A stretch of DNA of 63,998 bases, the filler included, from Reticulomyxa filosa (lineage: Eukaryota; Protista; Foraminifera): assembly GCA_000512085.1 (NCBI GenBank). It is 17 parts of 17 records of this genome, joined end to end, with 100 filler letters (N's around TTAATTAATTAA, not from the genome) between each part and the next. Parts side by side here need not be neighbours in the genome. Positions count along the whole stretch, not along the records: positions 50,636 to 52,288 come from ASPP01002299.1; positions 52,389 to 53,653 come from ASPP01007301.1; positions 53,754 to 56,810 come from ASPP01000298.1; positions 56,911 to 58,542 come from ASPP01007457.1; positions 58,643 to 59,801 come from ASPP01016860.1; positions 59,902 to 62,092 come from ASPP01002825.1; positions 62,193 to 63,998 come from ASPP01026098.1; 10 more parts are not named here. One strand, 5' to 3'. Numbering within the stretch: the stretch's first letter is position 1; every line of letters begins with the position of its first letter. A program made the translations under genes and the position numbers. Shown in pieces: positions 51,515-63,998 of this stretch. The notes under the pieces were generated by a model. That model saw only the letters and a list, made by a program, of their open reading frames with translations, did not search any database and had not been told where the DNA came from.

Positions 51515-52050
51515 GAACCCAACGAAAGAAAAACTAAAACGATACACCAATCACAAGACAAGTTGCTCCATTATTTGGTGATCATGAACAATCCATTGTC
51601 ACGTGCTACATTCGATTAGCTCTTTTGACCCAACAAAAAGATAAAATGACCAACAATGAAGAAAATGGAAAATGACCAAATTCATTATATTGTTCATTAA
51701 TCAATGGAAATCAAACTAAAACAATCAAATTGCAAGATATTTGGAATGATAAGCAAAATCAAGCAAAAGTACATTACATTAATATTCGAGGATAAGCAGG
51801 AAGTGGAAAAAGTGTATTGTCTCAAAGAATCGCATATTCATGAGGAAATGGTCAAATGTGGGAGTATCAATTTAAATCTTTATCACATTCCTTTGAGTCA
51901 ACATTTTTTATCACATTAATGATAGCGGGGATGGCGAAAAAAAAATATGAAAGTAGTCATGATATTAAATATTTATGATCAATCGCTATCAATCAATTAC
52001 ATATTCCACAATGGAATTTGAATGATACCAAATGCATTATTAATTCAATA
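51515..52050 (+). pseudogene. NACHT/STAND NTPase pseudogene
   Basis: Walker A IRG*AGSGKSVLSQRIAYS*GNGQMW at about 51784; upstream PLFGDHEQSIVTCYIRLALLTQQ; downstream LHIPQWNLND. Stops and frameshifts present. Confidence 0.8.
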
Positions 52051-52388
52051 TTCAAAATTATATTTGTTCTTATTTCAAAAATAGCAATGAATCAGATTTA
52101 TTAATAAAGAAATTAAACAATAATCCAAGTTTAAAATTATTAAGCCACATACCTTTATATTTGAGATTATTTTATTGTTTGCCTCGGCAATGAAACGTGT
52201 CTGAAAAACTACAAACGAAGCTCTCAAAAGCATTAATAAATTCTGCATCTTCTAGTATATCTCCCATGTTCTTGTCTAATTTCTTTTTNNNNNNNNNNNN
52301 NNNNNNNNNNNNNNNNNNNNNNNNNNNNNNNNTTAATTAATTAANNNNNNNNNNNNNNNNNNNNNNNNNNNNNNNNNNNNNNNNNNNN

Positions 52389-52455
52389 AATGTTGTTTTT
52401 TCATGTAGAAACACAATCATCTCTATAAGGTAACTTTCTTTTTTATCTTACTGTA
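52389..52455. repeat. Tc1/mariner TIR end (right-end orientation)
   Basis: AATGTTGTTTTTTCAT..ATCTCTATAAGGT..TTACTG-TA, similar to 40503-40584. Confidence 0.8.
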
Positions 52456-53510
52456 TATCGTATTTGCAAAAAAATAAAGATTGTGTCGAATATACTTGAT
52501 TGTGTTCTATTCAAATACAGTAACTTAGATAATACAGCTTGCTAGTTTGTATATTGTCAATGTTATCAAGAACAGCAATTTGAGTTCAAAATTGTCAACA
52601 AGAGAATATACTGATATATGAACAAAATACTAGTATCGCTAAAGTAATGTTGACAAATAGACTGAAATGTCTTGTTCTACAACAATGATATCAATTCTAC
52701 TTATGCGTAAATCGAAGCTAAAATGAGTTATTACATTGTCAAAATTATCTTCTCTTTCGTAGTGTAAATCATGTTTTCTTTGTACCATTCAATAGACACA
52801 CTTTTGTATATTCTTATATCATTGATATTGAATATTGTTCACAATCAATCTTTGTTATAGCTTTTTAAAGATCTGGTTGCAAATATTGACATTGTAGTAC
52901 TAGACAACTACAAATATCATGTGCTCGGATCAAACAAACATCCAGATGACAGTTGTTGAGCTATTTGCCACCGATTATTGTATGTCTTGATACAAACTTA
53001 ATAATAGGTGATCACTTCATACAATAATTGTTGAGTATGCAAATTGTAACCTAACTTACAGATCAATACGAACAGTCTATTTGTGTGTTATTTGATATAC
53101 TATGATTTGATTTCCACAGTGCCAATATGCATTCACAATAGCATTAAAAATAATTGTTCTTTTATCGTTGTTTTGGTATTATCTTTGCTTTACATTGCAT
53201 GTGTAATCGGAATAGTGTTCGGACTTTTCCATCTTTTTTATGTTGCTGTTCCAATCGACAATCAAAGTGTTTTAACAATAATTTTACATTTTTTGCGATC
53301 TGTCCAAGATATCAAATCTACATTGAATACGCATGCCCAAGTTACACTTAATCATCAGCTGTTCCACACATAATGCTCAACCTTCTTTCGGACATTTTCA
53401 GCACATTCAAGCCGATCAAGTTGTTGGCTTGATCATATGTTGGCGAATATCTCCAATTTGTTCTTTGTGCCTGGCGCTCATTTGTCCATAAAATTAAATA
53501 TAAATATAAA

Positions 53511-53653
53511 TACAGTAGAATGCAAAATAAAGTTGACAAATAAAACGGCACCTTATAGAGATGATTGATTTTCTTCATGAAAAAACAACATTCAGACCTA
53601 ATTTTTTTAAAAAAAAATATCTACAATCGTGTACTTTTTAAATATCATTTTGG
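53511..53653. repeat. Tc1/mariner TIR (left-end orientation, TA-CAGTAG)
   Basis: Its reverse complement aligns along 40441-40584. Confidence 0.82.
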
Positions 53654-55264
53654 NNNNNNNNNNNNNNNNNNNNNNNNNNNNNNNNNNNNNNNNNNNNTTA
53701 ATTAATTAANNNNNNNNNNNNNNNNNNNNNNNNNNNNNNNNNNNNNNNNNNNNGTCTTGACATTTTGCTTTATTTTAATTTTAAGCAAAGAATATAAGTT
53801 TAGTATTCATGTTCCATTATTTAAAATAGTTAGTAAGAAAGCGAACATATTGTATTTGTTTTTTAATAACTACCCTTTATTCTTTTCTGACATCGTTGGT
53901 GTTGTCTTTTTTTAATTCAATAATTTCGATTATTAATCAGACACTATGTTTTGTTTTTTTCGCAATCTTTTTTTTCTCTTCTTTTGTCTCTTTTGGTCGT
54001 TGAAATTTTTCAACTTCAGCTGAAAGTTTATAATTTATCACTAAGAGCACGCCTCTAAGCTCACTGTCGTTAGCTGGACTCAATGACACCATAAAATCAT
54101 TTATCGCTTTCGTTGCTTTGGCTTTTATATCATTAAAGTCTTCCTTATCTTTAGTCAAACACACTCGTTGCGATTCCCTTTCCAAAATATAATGTAGTTT
54201 CAGTAATTTATATATATATAATAGCCAGAAAGAATCTAGCATGCCATTTGTTACCTGTTTCATTGCTATATGATTCTACAATATGTGCAGTTTGTTCAAG
54301 TTTATATTTAATTTTGTGTTCGATATAAATATCAACAGTTATGCGTCAGTATTATTATTATATCATCTATAATGTTTTCTATTCAAACAAAATCTCTACC
54401 AAATTTATGTATATTCTTGCTTTTCCAATCTCTGTAACTGATTTTACGTATTTGACAAGGTCTCCAGTTCAATTGACTTTTGTTCAATATACTTAAATGT
54501 TTCAACTTTGATCATTTTTGAGTTTTGTGCATGTACAATCTAAAACATTTTTTAAACATAGACACAACAATTTATTTTTTTAGTCAAGTTATTCAAAAGC
54601 ATAAATATAAATGTATTAAACTCTTATTTTCTTGCATCCTTATAATGATAGAACTAAATAGCTCTGTAAATTGAACTTGATATCTTTTTTCCCTTGTTAG
54701 AGAAAAAATCAGCTAAATTTGAACCACCTTTTTCCTATCTTTAAATTATCAATGGTGTAAGATAAGCCCATATTATACAGTCTCAGGTACTAAGTGAACG
54801 GTGGGACCTCCGGTGGGTTAAAACCCTCTTCACAACACAACTCACTTTTGTGTTTTCTTTACTTGTTTTCCTTTCTTGTGTTGAAATTATTTTTGTTAAT
54901 TTAATTTCCTTTTACTGAAGTTGCTTTTTGGAACTAAGTTCCTTTCATATTACACGTAGTCGTTTCACTATTCCTACAATGGCCTGTGAAAGAAACGTGC
55001 AGAATTCTTTAATGCTAATACTATAACTTCATTAGAATTTGTTCGCACTAATTTGTCAATGAAGATGGTAAGAAAAAAAGAAGTACCAGACAATATTTAT
55101 GATTTATGCCCTTTAATTTTAAAATTGAATGGCATATGAAATAGATAAAATTTTGGACGACGTGTGTGAACTTAATAGCATTTTTCCCTCAAGAAGCAGT
55201 TGTTTTGCAAACCCTAGAAGGTGTAAGAATTTCGAAGTAATTGGAATATTTTGTAATCGTGGTC

Positions 55265-55798
55265 ATGTCTCAATCTCCTGGTGAACCAGAAAAAAGGAAA
55301 AATAAAACATTAGTTTGGGATTGCAGTGTAAATCCTGACAAAATTAGTTTAAATTCGTATTTCACAGTGGCAACGCAGTACGCTAAAACGTCTACAATAC
55401 GAACTCATTTTTTGAAAAGAGGGAGTGGTCGACATATATTGAACATAAAAGTGATAAAACTTGGACACGTGGGTATTGGTCTAGTAAATAAGGCGTTTAA
55501 GATCGATTCGGATTGGGTCGGTGGTAACAAGAACAGTTATGGCACATGGGACAATGTGATTGGGTATTATTCAGGAGCAGAACTAAAGTTACCAAATGGA
55601 AAAAAATTAGTAGAAAAGGATATCGTGACAGTCGATTTGGACATGAACGAACTTTCTTTTTCGTGGGCAGTCAATGGTACGTACTTTGGAAGCGATGGGC
55701 CTGATGCAACCTTGGCACCAACTGATTGGGCCTTCGCTGCAAGCGTATGGAACACCAATGACTGTGTTGAGATTGTTCAGTACATCCATGAACCGTGA
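55265..55798 (+). CDS. Stand-alone SPRY/B30.2 domain protein
   Basis: VGIGLV, WVGGNKNSYG, DIVTVDLDM..FSWAVNGTYFG, WAFAASV. Confidence 0.8.
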   Translation: MSQSPGEPEKRKNKTLVWDCSVNPDKISLNSYFTVATQYAKTSTIRTHFLKRGSGRHILNIKVIKLGHVGIGLVNKAFKIDSDWVGGNKNSYGTWDNVIGYYSGAELKLPNGKKLVEKDIVTVDLDMNELSFSWAVNGTYFGSDGPDATLAPTDWAFAASVWNTNDCVEIVQYIHEP

Positions 55799-56244
55799 GT
55801 CTTTTAAATCTTTAGACTTTATTAGTTTGTCGTGTTTTTTAATTTTGTTTGTATGTTCGAAAATGCAATTGTTACTGGTTCAATTTCTAAGTACGTACAC
55901 ATGTTGACCAAAACGTTCGGTCGATTGTTTCAAGGAGAAGTTCTACAGCCAAAAAGCTAAACAAACATTTTTTTAAGAATGTTGTATTTTGTAAAAAGTG
56001 ATTTGGGCATTCTAATTTACAATCCCTCGGACCCTGGAGATAGGAGAACCTCAAAAAAAAAAAAAAAAAGAAACTTTAATGCGAGTTTTTTCGCTTTTTA
56101 GATTTTTGGGTTATATTTGTCATTCTTTTGGACAAATTTATTTAAAAAATAGTAAGGCATTTTTTAAAAATGTTAAATAGAGCAAAGCATTTCGTCCGAA
56201 AACTGGTTTGAAAAAAAAAAAGGCTTTGTCAATAATAAAAATAA

Positions 56245-56720
56245 ATGACAAGCCCACCTCGGCAACATAAGCGCCATGAATCAGATTCAACCTCTCAAGA
56301 CTCTCAGGCGTTTCTTCTAGGCAAATATAATCAAAATGAACGCGATTCTACAGTGAGTCCGCCAGCGGCCCAAGAGAGTCCAGCCAGGGACGAATCAAGG
56401 AAGCGAGTGGAACGCATGTTCCCATATCCGGACAAAATAACGGAGGAAGTGGAAGAGGACATGTTGGAAGAGACGAACGAGTTGTTGGACGAAGACAAAG
56501 TGAAGGAAAGGGAAGAAGAGAGTATAAAAAGGCGCCAACAAAGCGAAATGCATTCGTTCTCGAAGCACGTGACATTTGCTCGAGGATATAAGCAAAAGGA
56601 AGTCAAATTGAGAAACACCGTAGTTTGTCAAGGAAGGATCATTGGAGGACCGCAAAAGTATAAATACTTTCAAACCTTATTCGTCATTGTTATTCCGGTG
56701 ATCGTGTTTTGTGTCCAACC
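56245..56720 (+). CDS. DHHC palmitoyltransferase (ERF2/ZDHHC9-like) N-terminal exon, partial
   Basis: RNTVVCQGRIIGGP followed by TM TLFVIVIPVIVFC. The DHHC motif itself lies beyond the contig. Confidence 0.65.
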
Positions 56721-56777
56721 GTATGTATGTACGTGCATATCATATTTTCTATATATATGTATACATATATATACATA

Positions 56778-56810
<33 letters not shown>

Positions 56811-57229
56811 NNNNNNNNNNNNNNNNNNNNNNNNNNNNNNNNNNNNNNNNNNNNTTAATTAATTAANNNNNNNNNNNNNNNNNNNNNNNNNNNNNNNNNN
56901 NNNNNNNNNNTTTTTTTTTTTTTTTTTTTTTTTTTTTTTGTATTTCATTGAACATGAATCAACCATTCCATTCCAACAAACACAAAAAAGACCACCGACG
57001 CTGCGAAAAACGACAAACACCGGGATCGAACGACTGGGACTCGCGGACTCTTTAACTACCATCGAAAAAGAAGAAAGTGTAGAGGCTGCCATTTCGCCAA
57101 CTTACCATGCGTCCATGCATTTTCATTCATGTTATTTGTGTTTCCTTTAAACAAATGTTATATGTGTATTTTGTGTCTACATCTCTAAATGATAATACAT
57201 TTGTATACGTGTCCACAAAAAAAAAAAAA

Positions 57230-58510
57230 GACACCGATGGAGAAATGCTTTCGCTGACGCCCTTTGCAAACAGGTCAATTTCTCGTAAACGTGCATGCAG
57301 TGAGGACATATTCAAGACATCGGGCTCGAAAGTGCACGGCACGCTTCCTTTGGAGATAGGCGGCATCAAAGAGCACGGCAAAGTGAAGACAACAGACAAG
57401 AAGGAGCAAGAGGAGCGCAAAAAGGCGGTGACGATATCGGAGATCATCGGTTCCAATGACAAAAAGCCCCAAAGCAAAGATAAGAAAAGAATAAACGAAA
57501 TGTTGCCTCCGAGCAAAGAGGAGAAAGAAGAAGAAGAAGAAGAAGAAGAAGAAGAAGAAGAAGAGGTCGAGGCTGAGACCATCGAGATGGAAGCCGAGAT
57601 GGAAAACAGGGAACAAAACAAAGAAGAAGAAAAAAAAGATGAAGAAGAAAAAGATAAAAAAGAATGGACACCAAACAAAGGAACTGAAAATACAAACACA
57701 AAAACGGTATTTGCAAATGTGCCATTGTTTCGGTTTAGTTTAGATTGGAACGAATCTGAAAATGAGACGAACAGCGACAGAGACAACAGCAAGAAAGTGG
57801 AAAAGGACGAAAAGCAAGTCCAACAAAGCATTTTCGAATCGATTCGTCGAGACAGCCGCAAAGTGTGGACGCCGATATCAAACCCATCGTCAAATGTGGA
57901 ATACATCAGCTCGGCCAGTCTTGGGCCCACGGTCGGGACATTGGGTAGTGTCGGGATGTCGTCGTTGTCTCCGACAAGCCATTGCTCTCCAATCCACTTC
58001 AATTGCGATTGCACCGAGGAAGTGCAAAGCATGATCAGTCAAAAGACAAGCGACGACGCGGCCATGTCTCCCTCCTCTTCCCCGTTTCCGGTGTCGCGAT
58101 CTCTACGAGAGGCCAAGCACGACCCCAGTGGACACGTCGAGACGAACACAGAAAAAGAGAGCCCCTTCCATTTTCCGTTGGACGTCACGCCAACCAAGCC
58201 AGTACTAGCGTTAGCACTAACACCAGCACCAATATCGATGCCAATGCCAATGCCAATGCCATCCGATTCGCAAGACCAATTCGTCTTTGAAAAAAAACAT
58301 CATTGGTGGGTTCCACGTCCGCCGTTTTCACGGATGCGATTGCCGCTGCATTTCAATGACAAGGAAAAGGAAATTATACGTTCCATTTGCAAGCTGGACG
58401 TTTCCAAAATCACACAGCACCACATTAGTCCATTGCTCTCTGCCACCTACAAGCACGGACACGCCACGGAATGGCCTATGATTCTACCTTTAAAAGAAAA
58501 GATCAAAAAG
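57230..58510 (+). CDS. Acidic low-complexity hypothetical protein exon, partial
   Basis: Open frame over 400 codons with (GAA)12 at 57527-57562 and an MPMPMPMP repeat; no recognised domain. Confidence 0.6.
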
Positions 58511-58709
58511 TTTGTTTGTATGGAAAAAAAAAAAAAAAAAAANNNNNNNNNNNNNNNNNNNNNNNNNNNNNNNNNNNNNNNNNNNNTTAATTAATTAANN
58601 NNNNNNNNNNNNNNNNNNNNNNNNNNNNNNNNNNNNNNNNNNCCCCCCCTTTTTTTTTTATACGTATAACAAACAATAATAATACGTCATAAAAAAAAAA
58701 CAAACAGCA

Positions 58710-59710
58710 AATTTCTTTCTAAGCCTTTGAATAGCAATGAAGACCAAGTAGTGGTGGTTTTTACTAAATGGAGCAGTGTCGTCGCGACTCTGTTCGATGC
58801 GATTTAAAATGCTAATGATCAGCGGGAAGTTGTGCACTGACTTCTTTTCCAACAACGCGTCGAAATAGAAATCGAATATCTTTCCGAAATATTGCACAAT
58901 GCTCAACTTAGTCGGACTCGTCTTGGACTTGCTGCTGCTGTCGTTGCCCTCGCCGGCTTGGCCTTTCACCTTCGCGCTGTCCGCTTCGTGTGCTTTCTCC
59001 TCCGTTTCTTCCTTGTTTTTCGACTCGCTTGTCACGTCCTTTGCCAAGTCTTCCACTTGCTTTTTTAACGATTTTTCGTCGCTACTTATTTTTAACCGAC
59101 GAAATATCGATCCTCCTTCTTCCTCTTCTAAACTCAATTCAAAACAAAACAATATATGTATATATAAATATATATATAAATACATATATATATATATATA
59201 TTTTTTTTTTTTATTCTTATTATTATTAATAAAACATTCCTCTTCTCACATTCTCAACTAAGTTTGCGCAATTCTTTCTTTGCTTGTCGCGAGTCAAACT
59301 GAGGGTGGTGGGCGAGCATATGAACGAGATAAATCAAAATGGACTCGGGCAGACTCGAAAAGTCTTGCGCTTGCACACTTTCGTTCTGGTGCTTTCCATC
59401 CCCTTTTCGACTGTCGACGCGCTGCTTGTACACCTTGCGCATGCGGTCCAACAGCATTTCCAGCCCTTTGGCATACTTTGTTCGCAACGCCTTGTTGGGC
59501 ATCACTGCCACGAGGGGAAGGACCGCGGCGAAGTGCATTGGCAACAATCGGTCTTTCAGTCGGACAAAGTATGTGTTCAACACTTCTTCCGATACCGCGC
59601 TGTTGGCGTGATGCACCAAAAACGATATCTTGTACATGTCCAAGTAGTTTTGCCCCAACAATGTCCGGTAATGAGACCGTGTGCACAAGTCCAATACGCA
59701 CTGCTCATTT
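58710..59710 (-). CDS. PDS5: Cohesin cofactor PDS5, internal exons
   Basis: LLPMHFAAVLPL, SLPESILIYLVHMLAHHPQF (cf. LPEYVVPYMIHLLAHDPDF), ILNRIEQSRD. Confidence 0.82.
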
Positions 59711-61198
59711 GATCCATACACACACATATGTGTGTATATATATACATATATATAAATGTTTCAAATTATTGAATGCAATCGATTATTTAATAATAAACAA
59801 ANNNNNNNNNNNNNNNNNNNNNNNNNNNNNNNNNNNNNNNNNNNNTTAATTAATTAANNNNNNNNNNNNNNNNNNNNNNNNNNNNNNNNNNNNNNNNNNN
59901 NTGTACATTTTTTTTTAAGGACAAGGGAGGTGGAAAAAAAAAAAAACTTTCTTTGCCAAAATCTTGGAATGAATTTGGTTTCTTCAAATACCTATTGTGA
60001 ACAAAACACAAAGCAAAACTGTTTTGTTGTGTTTCCTCCAAGAGTGAAAGATTTTTTTAAAAAGAACGTCAGAAAAGCAGGAAAAAAATACAGAACAAAA
60101 CTACTTGTTACAGTAGTGAGTCGACGAATGTGCTAAAAGATGTACAGGAATGGCGAGTGTCTTGTTTACGAGTATCAAGAGATTAAGATTTAAAATTGTT
60201 CGAAAAGGGGGAAAAAAGAGGAACGGGAAGTTGTACGTAAGTTGGGGAAAAAATTACATTTTTTTGAAACTCATTGTGTTATTTAGAAAAAGAATATTGC
60301 AAAAATTATGTACGAATAACTTGATCATATGTTGTGGTGTGTATTATTTAATTTTTTTTATTTGATGACAAAGATTTAAAAATTCTTTGGAAACAAAAAT
60401 AATCCAAGATTATTCAAAACACAAAGTCAAACATAACAACAATAATTTATAAAACTAAATTCTTAATATGTGACATTAATTGGCCCAAATTTATTCCTGA
60501 AATGTACCTCAGCGTATCTATTTTTGTTAAATGTGTAATTAAACCAAAAAAAGGAAAGGTGTAGCTGCGCGCAACATTGAAAAAAAAGAAATTCGTTACC
60601 ATGAATACATCAAAAAGTTTTCACAGTTTTAAAGTATTGAAAAAAAACAAAGACACTTGACTTTACCCAAAAAAATTATGATATTAAAAATTGTGCAATT
60701 TATGAACAATTAAAGAGAATTAAAAAAGCAATGATGTGAATTTTGTTCTGATTCATACAAGGGTAAATTTATTCTACAAATAAGGATTTTGTGTTTGTGT
60801 AACACATTGAGTAACTTCTTTAAAAGGTAGTAAGAGTTTGTTGTTCAAGTAATTATTCAATATTGGGTTAGATATTAAACATCAGATTTGGCTGATAAAA
60901 CAATTCGAATATGGGACGACAAAGAAGAATATGGAGCACATAATATACATATTGATATTTATTTTGGGTGAAATTGTGATTTGTCCTGTTCACATGAAAA
61001 ATGATTTTGGCTGTCATAAATCCAATAAAGGGAAAAAAAAGACAAAAACCTTGTCCTTGTATTAGTAGAGAAAAACATCCGACCCAAACTTTTTTCTAAA
61101 CACTTTTCCAAACTCTGATCCATTAAAAAAAAAAAAATCACACATTTACTAGCCAGTGATGGAGACAAAAATGTAATATTACCATCACATATGAGACA

Positions 61199-62000
61199 TC
61201 AAATATAAGAAGATTTCAGACCAAAGTCAGGTCTGAGAATGAGGTTACAAAATGGTGTCTTTGGACCTTTGGTTTTGTTCCTAGAAGTTGCCCGGAACAA
61301 CCAAGCAAACGGGCCAGCAAGAATAGTTATTAATTGCCTTCTTCGTTGTGGAGTGGCAAAGGAAGCGATATAAAAAAGAAACAGTACGAGCGAGCCAATG
61401 GAAACATTGGTAGCCAAGGATTTAAAATTTTGGATGAAATCGTTTCCAACCAGTTGAAACTCATGTCGAATGGTATCTTTGACAGCAACAATTTCCTCTT
61501 TCAAAACAGTTTGAATTTTTTGCGACAGCTCCAAGTTTGTTTGTTCGCCATTGTCGTTGTTGAGAGCGTCTTTTTCGTCCACCGTTTTGTGCTCTTCGAT
61601 CGTCCCAAGTAGTTCATCGTTTGTGTATTTTGTGTTGCTGTTGTTTGGCGATAAGAGATTGGGCAATGACATGCTAAGTTGAGAACTTTCGCGGTGATGT
61701 TCTTTGTAATACTCAAACCACTCTTGGTTTGTCATTTGGCGCTTTCAAAACAAACCACAGCAAAAGTCAAATCACGGACAACATTGGAGTGTTTTGTATT
61801 TGCATATGTGTCCTGTCACACATAAAAGTCGACCAATGTAAAGTGTTGTGTTTGGTTAAGGCTTGACAAACCGAGAGGCCAATGCTAGAGTCCAAGGGAT
61901 ACGCCGTGTGCACATTTGCCACCGAGGGGCTACGCAAGTGAGGATACGGCGCCGAGTAATCATACGCAGGAGCGGATTCGTTTATCGAATCGGCTTTCTG
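61199..62000 (-). CDS. Hypothetical protein C-terminus with a near-terminal TM segment, partial
   Basis: 178-aa last exon containing IGSLVLFLFYIASFA, plus an upstream coding-like exon at about 61830-62000. Confidence 0.5.
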
Positions 62001-62056
62001 AAAGATTTATTTAAAAAGGGGGGGGTTTACAACAGAATAAAAATATATATATATAA

Positions 62057-62092
<36 letters not shown>

Positions 62093-62759
62093 NNNNNNNN
62101 NNNNNNNNNNNNNNNNNNNNNNNNNNNNNNNNNNNNTTAATTAATTAANNNNNNNNNNNNNNNNNNNNNNNNNNNNNNNNNNNNNNNNNNNNTTATTATT
62201 ATTATTATTGTCATTATTGTTATTGCAACTATTCCGATGTGACACTATCCGCAGCGACGCAGTCTCTGAAATAAATATGATTATGTTTGGGCTGCAACTG
62301 CAAAGTGGTGGACAACACGATAGTAAAGTAACAGATGAAATCTACTTCGAAGAATATTTGGATATGTTTTTTGATTGTTTAGGTAATTATATAACACTTT
62401 GTTTCGCAAATTGTTTTTTCTTTTTCATTATCGCAATTGTTGAACATTTTTTGGATAGCTTAGACGCATAAAATGAAATAATAATCTATTTACGTATAAT
62501 TGTATTTTTGTATACGGTTTTAAAGTACAGTTTATGTTTTTGTAAAGGATAACGTACACAACATTAATTTGACTTAAAGTCAATTAAACGATTTAAAAAT
62601 TTTTTTTTAAAGAAACTAAAACAAAATGTGAAAAGATTTCATTAAAGCTATGAAATTCGAAAATAATTTAAAAAGCCATTAAATACAACCTTTGGTTAAA
62701 TGGCTTTCAAATGTTCAGTACAAATTCATTTACACCACTTCACTTTCACACAAAAAAAG

Positions 62760-63930
62760 TTAATAGTTATCACCTGCATCGTCGCCAGCATTGTCAAATC
62801 ACAAGTCGTCTGTTGGTTGTTCAATCAACACATCCAAATAATCTTTCTCTAAGAAGCCTAAGTCTTCACGAGCTTCAGCAAATTCTCCTTCTTCAATTCC
62901 TTCTCATACGTACCAATGAACAAATGCTCGTTGGGAGTATATAATGTCATACTTTTGGGCAATTGTTTACTGAATACACGCGAAATGCCCGTGTTGTTGG
63001 CTATCATCACAGCATTTTTGCTAAATGCTCCAATATCATCGAATTCTAATGTTACCGCTGGTACTTCGTTTAGTCCTATTTTAAATCATGTTGGACACCA
63101 TTCGACTAACGATATTTTATTATTTGATTTCAACCATTGGACCGTTGCGTTTGCTTCCTTTGATTTTATGTCACCACGATAGTTCAAGGAAATGGCCATG
63201 TATTTATATCAGCGGGTCAAATTCGGTGTATTTCACAAACTAATTCACTGGCTTAAAACAGTCATCTGTTACTTTTTGGATATCGTTTGGCGCTGTTGAT
63301 ACATCAACTTTCGGAATAATTGGGCTCATTCCGGTAGTCATAACATGTAATCGATGGAAAGGGACCAAGTTTGTTTGAAACTCGTTTAAATCTACGTTTA
63401 ATTCACCGCTAAATCGCAAAGACGCAGTCATGGCGGAGATAACTTTCGAAATTAGTTTGTTCAAGTTATCAACATCTGGTTTGGCAATTCTCAATTGCTT
63501 TTGGCAAATTCCATAAATGGCTTTGTTGTCCAATAATAATGAAACTTCTGTGTGGTCCAATAACCAATGAGTCGCCAACAACGCATTGTAAGGTTCTACG
63601 ACAAGTTCGGTGAAGGGTAAATTTCAAAATCAATTTTTGGTTTCTTTCTATAATCAACTGCCAAACGTTCCAAAATTAAGGCTCCAAGCCATGAGCCAGT
63701 CCTCCGCTGTGTCCGATTACAAAGCCCATTACATTGTCATAGTTATCAACTAATTTTCTCAATCGGTCGTTTACTTTATCAATTATTTGTTTCCCAATTG
63801 TGTAGTGACCTCGGGCAAAATTATTTGCTGCGTCCTCTTTCCAATGGACTAAAAACTCAGGGTGGAAAATGGCCGCAAAAGAGCCGTTTTTTACATCATC
63901 AATTACATTCGGTTCTAAGTCAACATATTT
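62760..63930 (-). pseudogene. Divergent foraminiferan-type alpha-tubulin pseudogene
   Basis: [69 protein letters not shown]. Several stops, frameshifts and small deletions; N-terminus absent. Confidence 0.93.
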
Positions 63931-63998
63931 TTTCTTGTATGTTATACGTATCAAGGAAAAACGATTCGCAAATAGAGCACTTAACTGCAAGATTACGA

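Noticed and set aside
53105-53500. Minus-strand IIFNAIVNAYWHCG resembling a PPR motif
   Set aside because: A single degenerate motif among stops; insufficient to annotate.
53937-54700. Minus-strand charged helical ORF remnant
   Set aside because: Interrupted and unrecognisable; at most a low-confidence pseudogene.
54776-54830. GC-richer patch with a small GGGTT-AA-AACCC hairpin as a possible ribozyme or ncRNA
   Set aside because: Too short, with no recognisable catalytic core or second copy in the window.
57127-58032. Long antisense ORFs (also 4859-5353, 46724-47335, 59280-59849)
   Set aside because: Shadows of real sense-strand coding regions with low-complexity or biased codons.
7149-62192. 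Regularly recurring TTAATTAATTAA flanked by N runs, superficially like an array or conserved element
   Set aside because: It is an identical 100-nt synthetic linker between contigs, not biological. Cross-spacer gene neighbourhoods and ORFs containing X were disregarded.

Overview
This is not a contiguous locus. It is 17 short contigs joined by artificial 100-nt spacers (44 N + TTAATTAATTAA + 44 N), so gene neighbourhood only has meaning within a contig. The DNA is AT-rich and eukaryotic, with short GT-AG introns full of TA/CA microsatellites. The WD40 family C-terminus, NACHT remnant and divergent alpha-tubulin point to a foraminiferan, most likely Reticulomyxa filosa (inferred from remembered family signatures; no search run). 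Recognisable genes: C-terminal half of an RNF213/mysterin-like AAA+ protein, a kelch membrane protein, a G-protein alpha subunit, a ubiquitin-like/TM protein, a GTDC1/DUF3524 glycosyltransferase, a SAM methyltransferase, a prokaryote-like 4-TM protein, a sterile-alpha-motif protein, SIW14-like and DUSP phosphatases, a UBA-PDZ protein, JmjC, an M1 aminopeptidase C-terminus, F-box, D-glutamate cyclase-like, SMC6, SLC12, SPRY, a DHHC N-terminus and PDS5. There are also decayed LINEs, Tc1/mariner termini, and NACHT, WD40 and tubulin pseudogenes. Best leads: (1) CC/GG-depleted tracts next to Tc1-like termini, plus GG-focused lesions in pseudogenes, suggesting a repeat-associated mutational process; (2) a RING-less RNF213 homologue whose RZ finger keeps its zinc ligands but lacks the catalytic Cys; (3) three adjacent prokaryote-like genes, two with added membrane anchors. 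All homology calls are by eye and exon boundaries are approximate.
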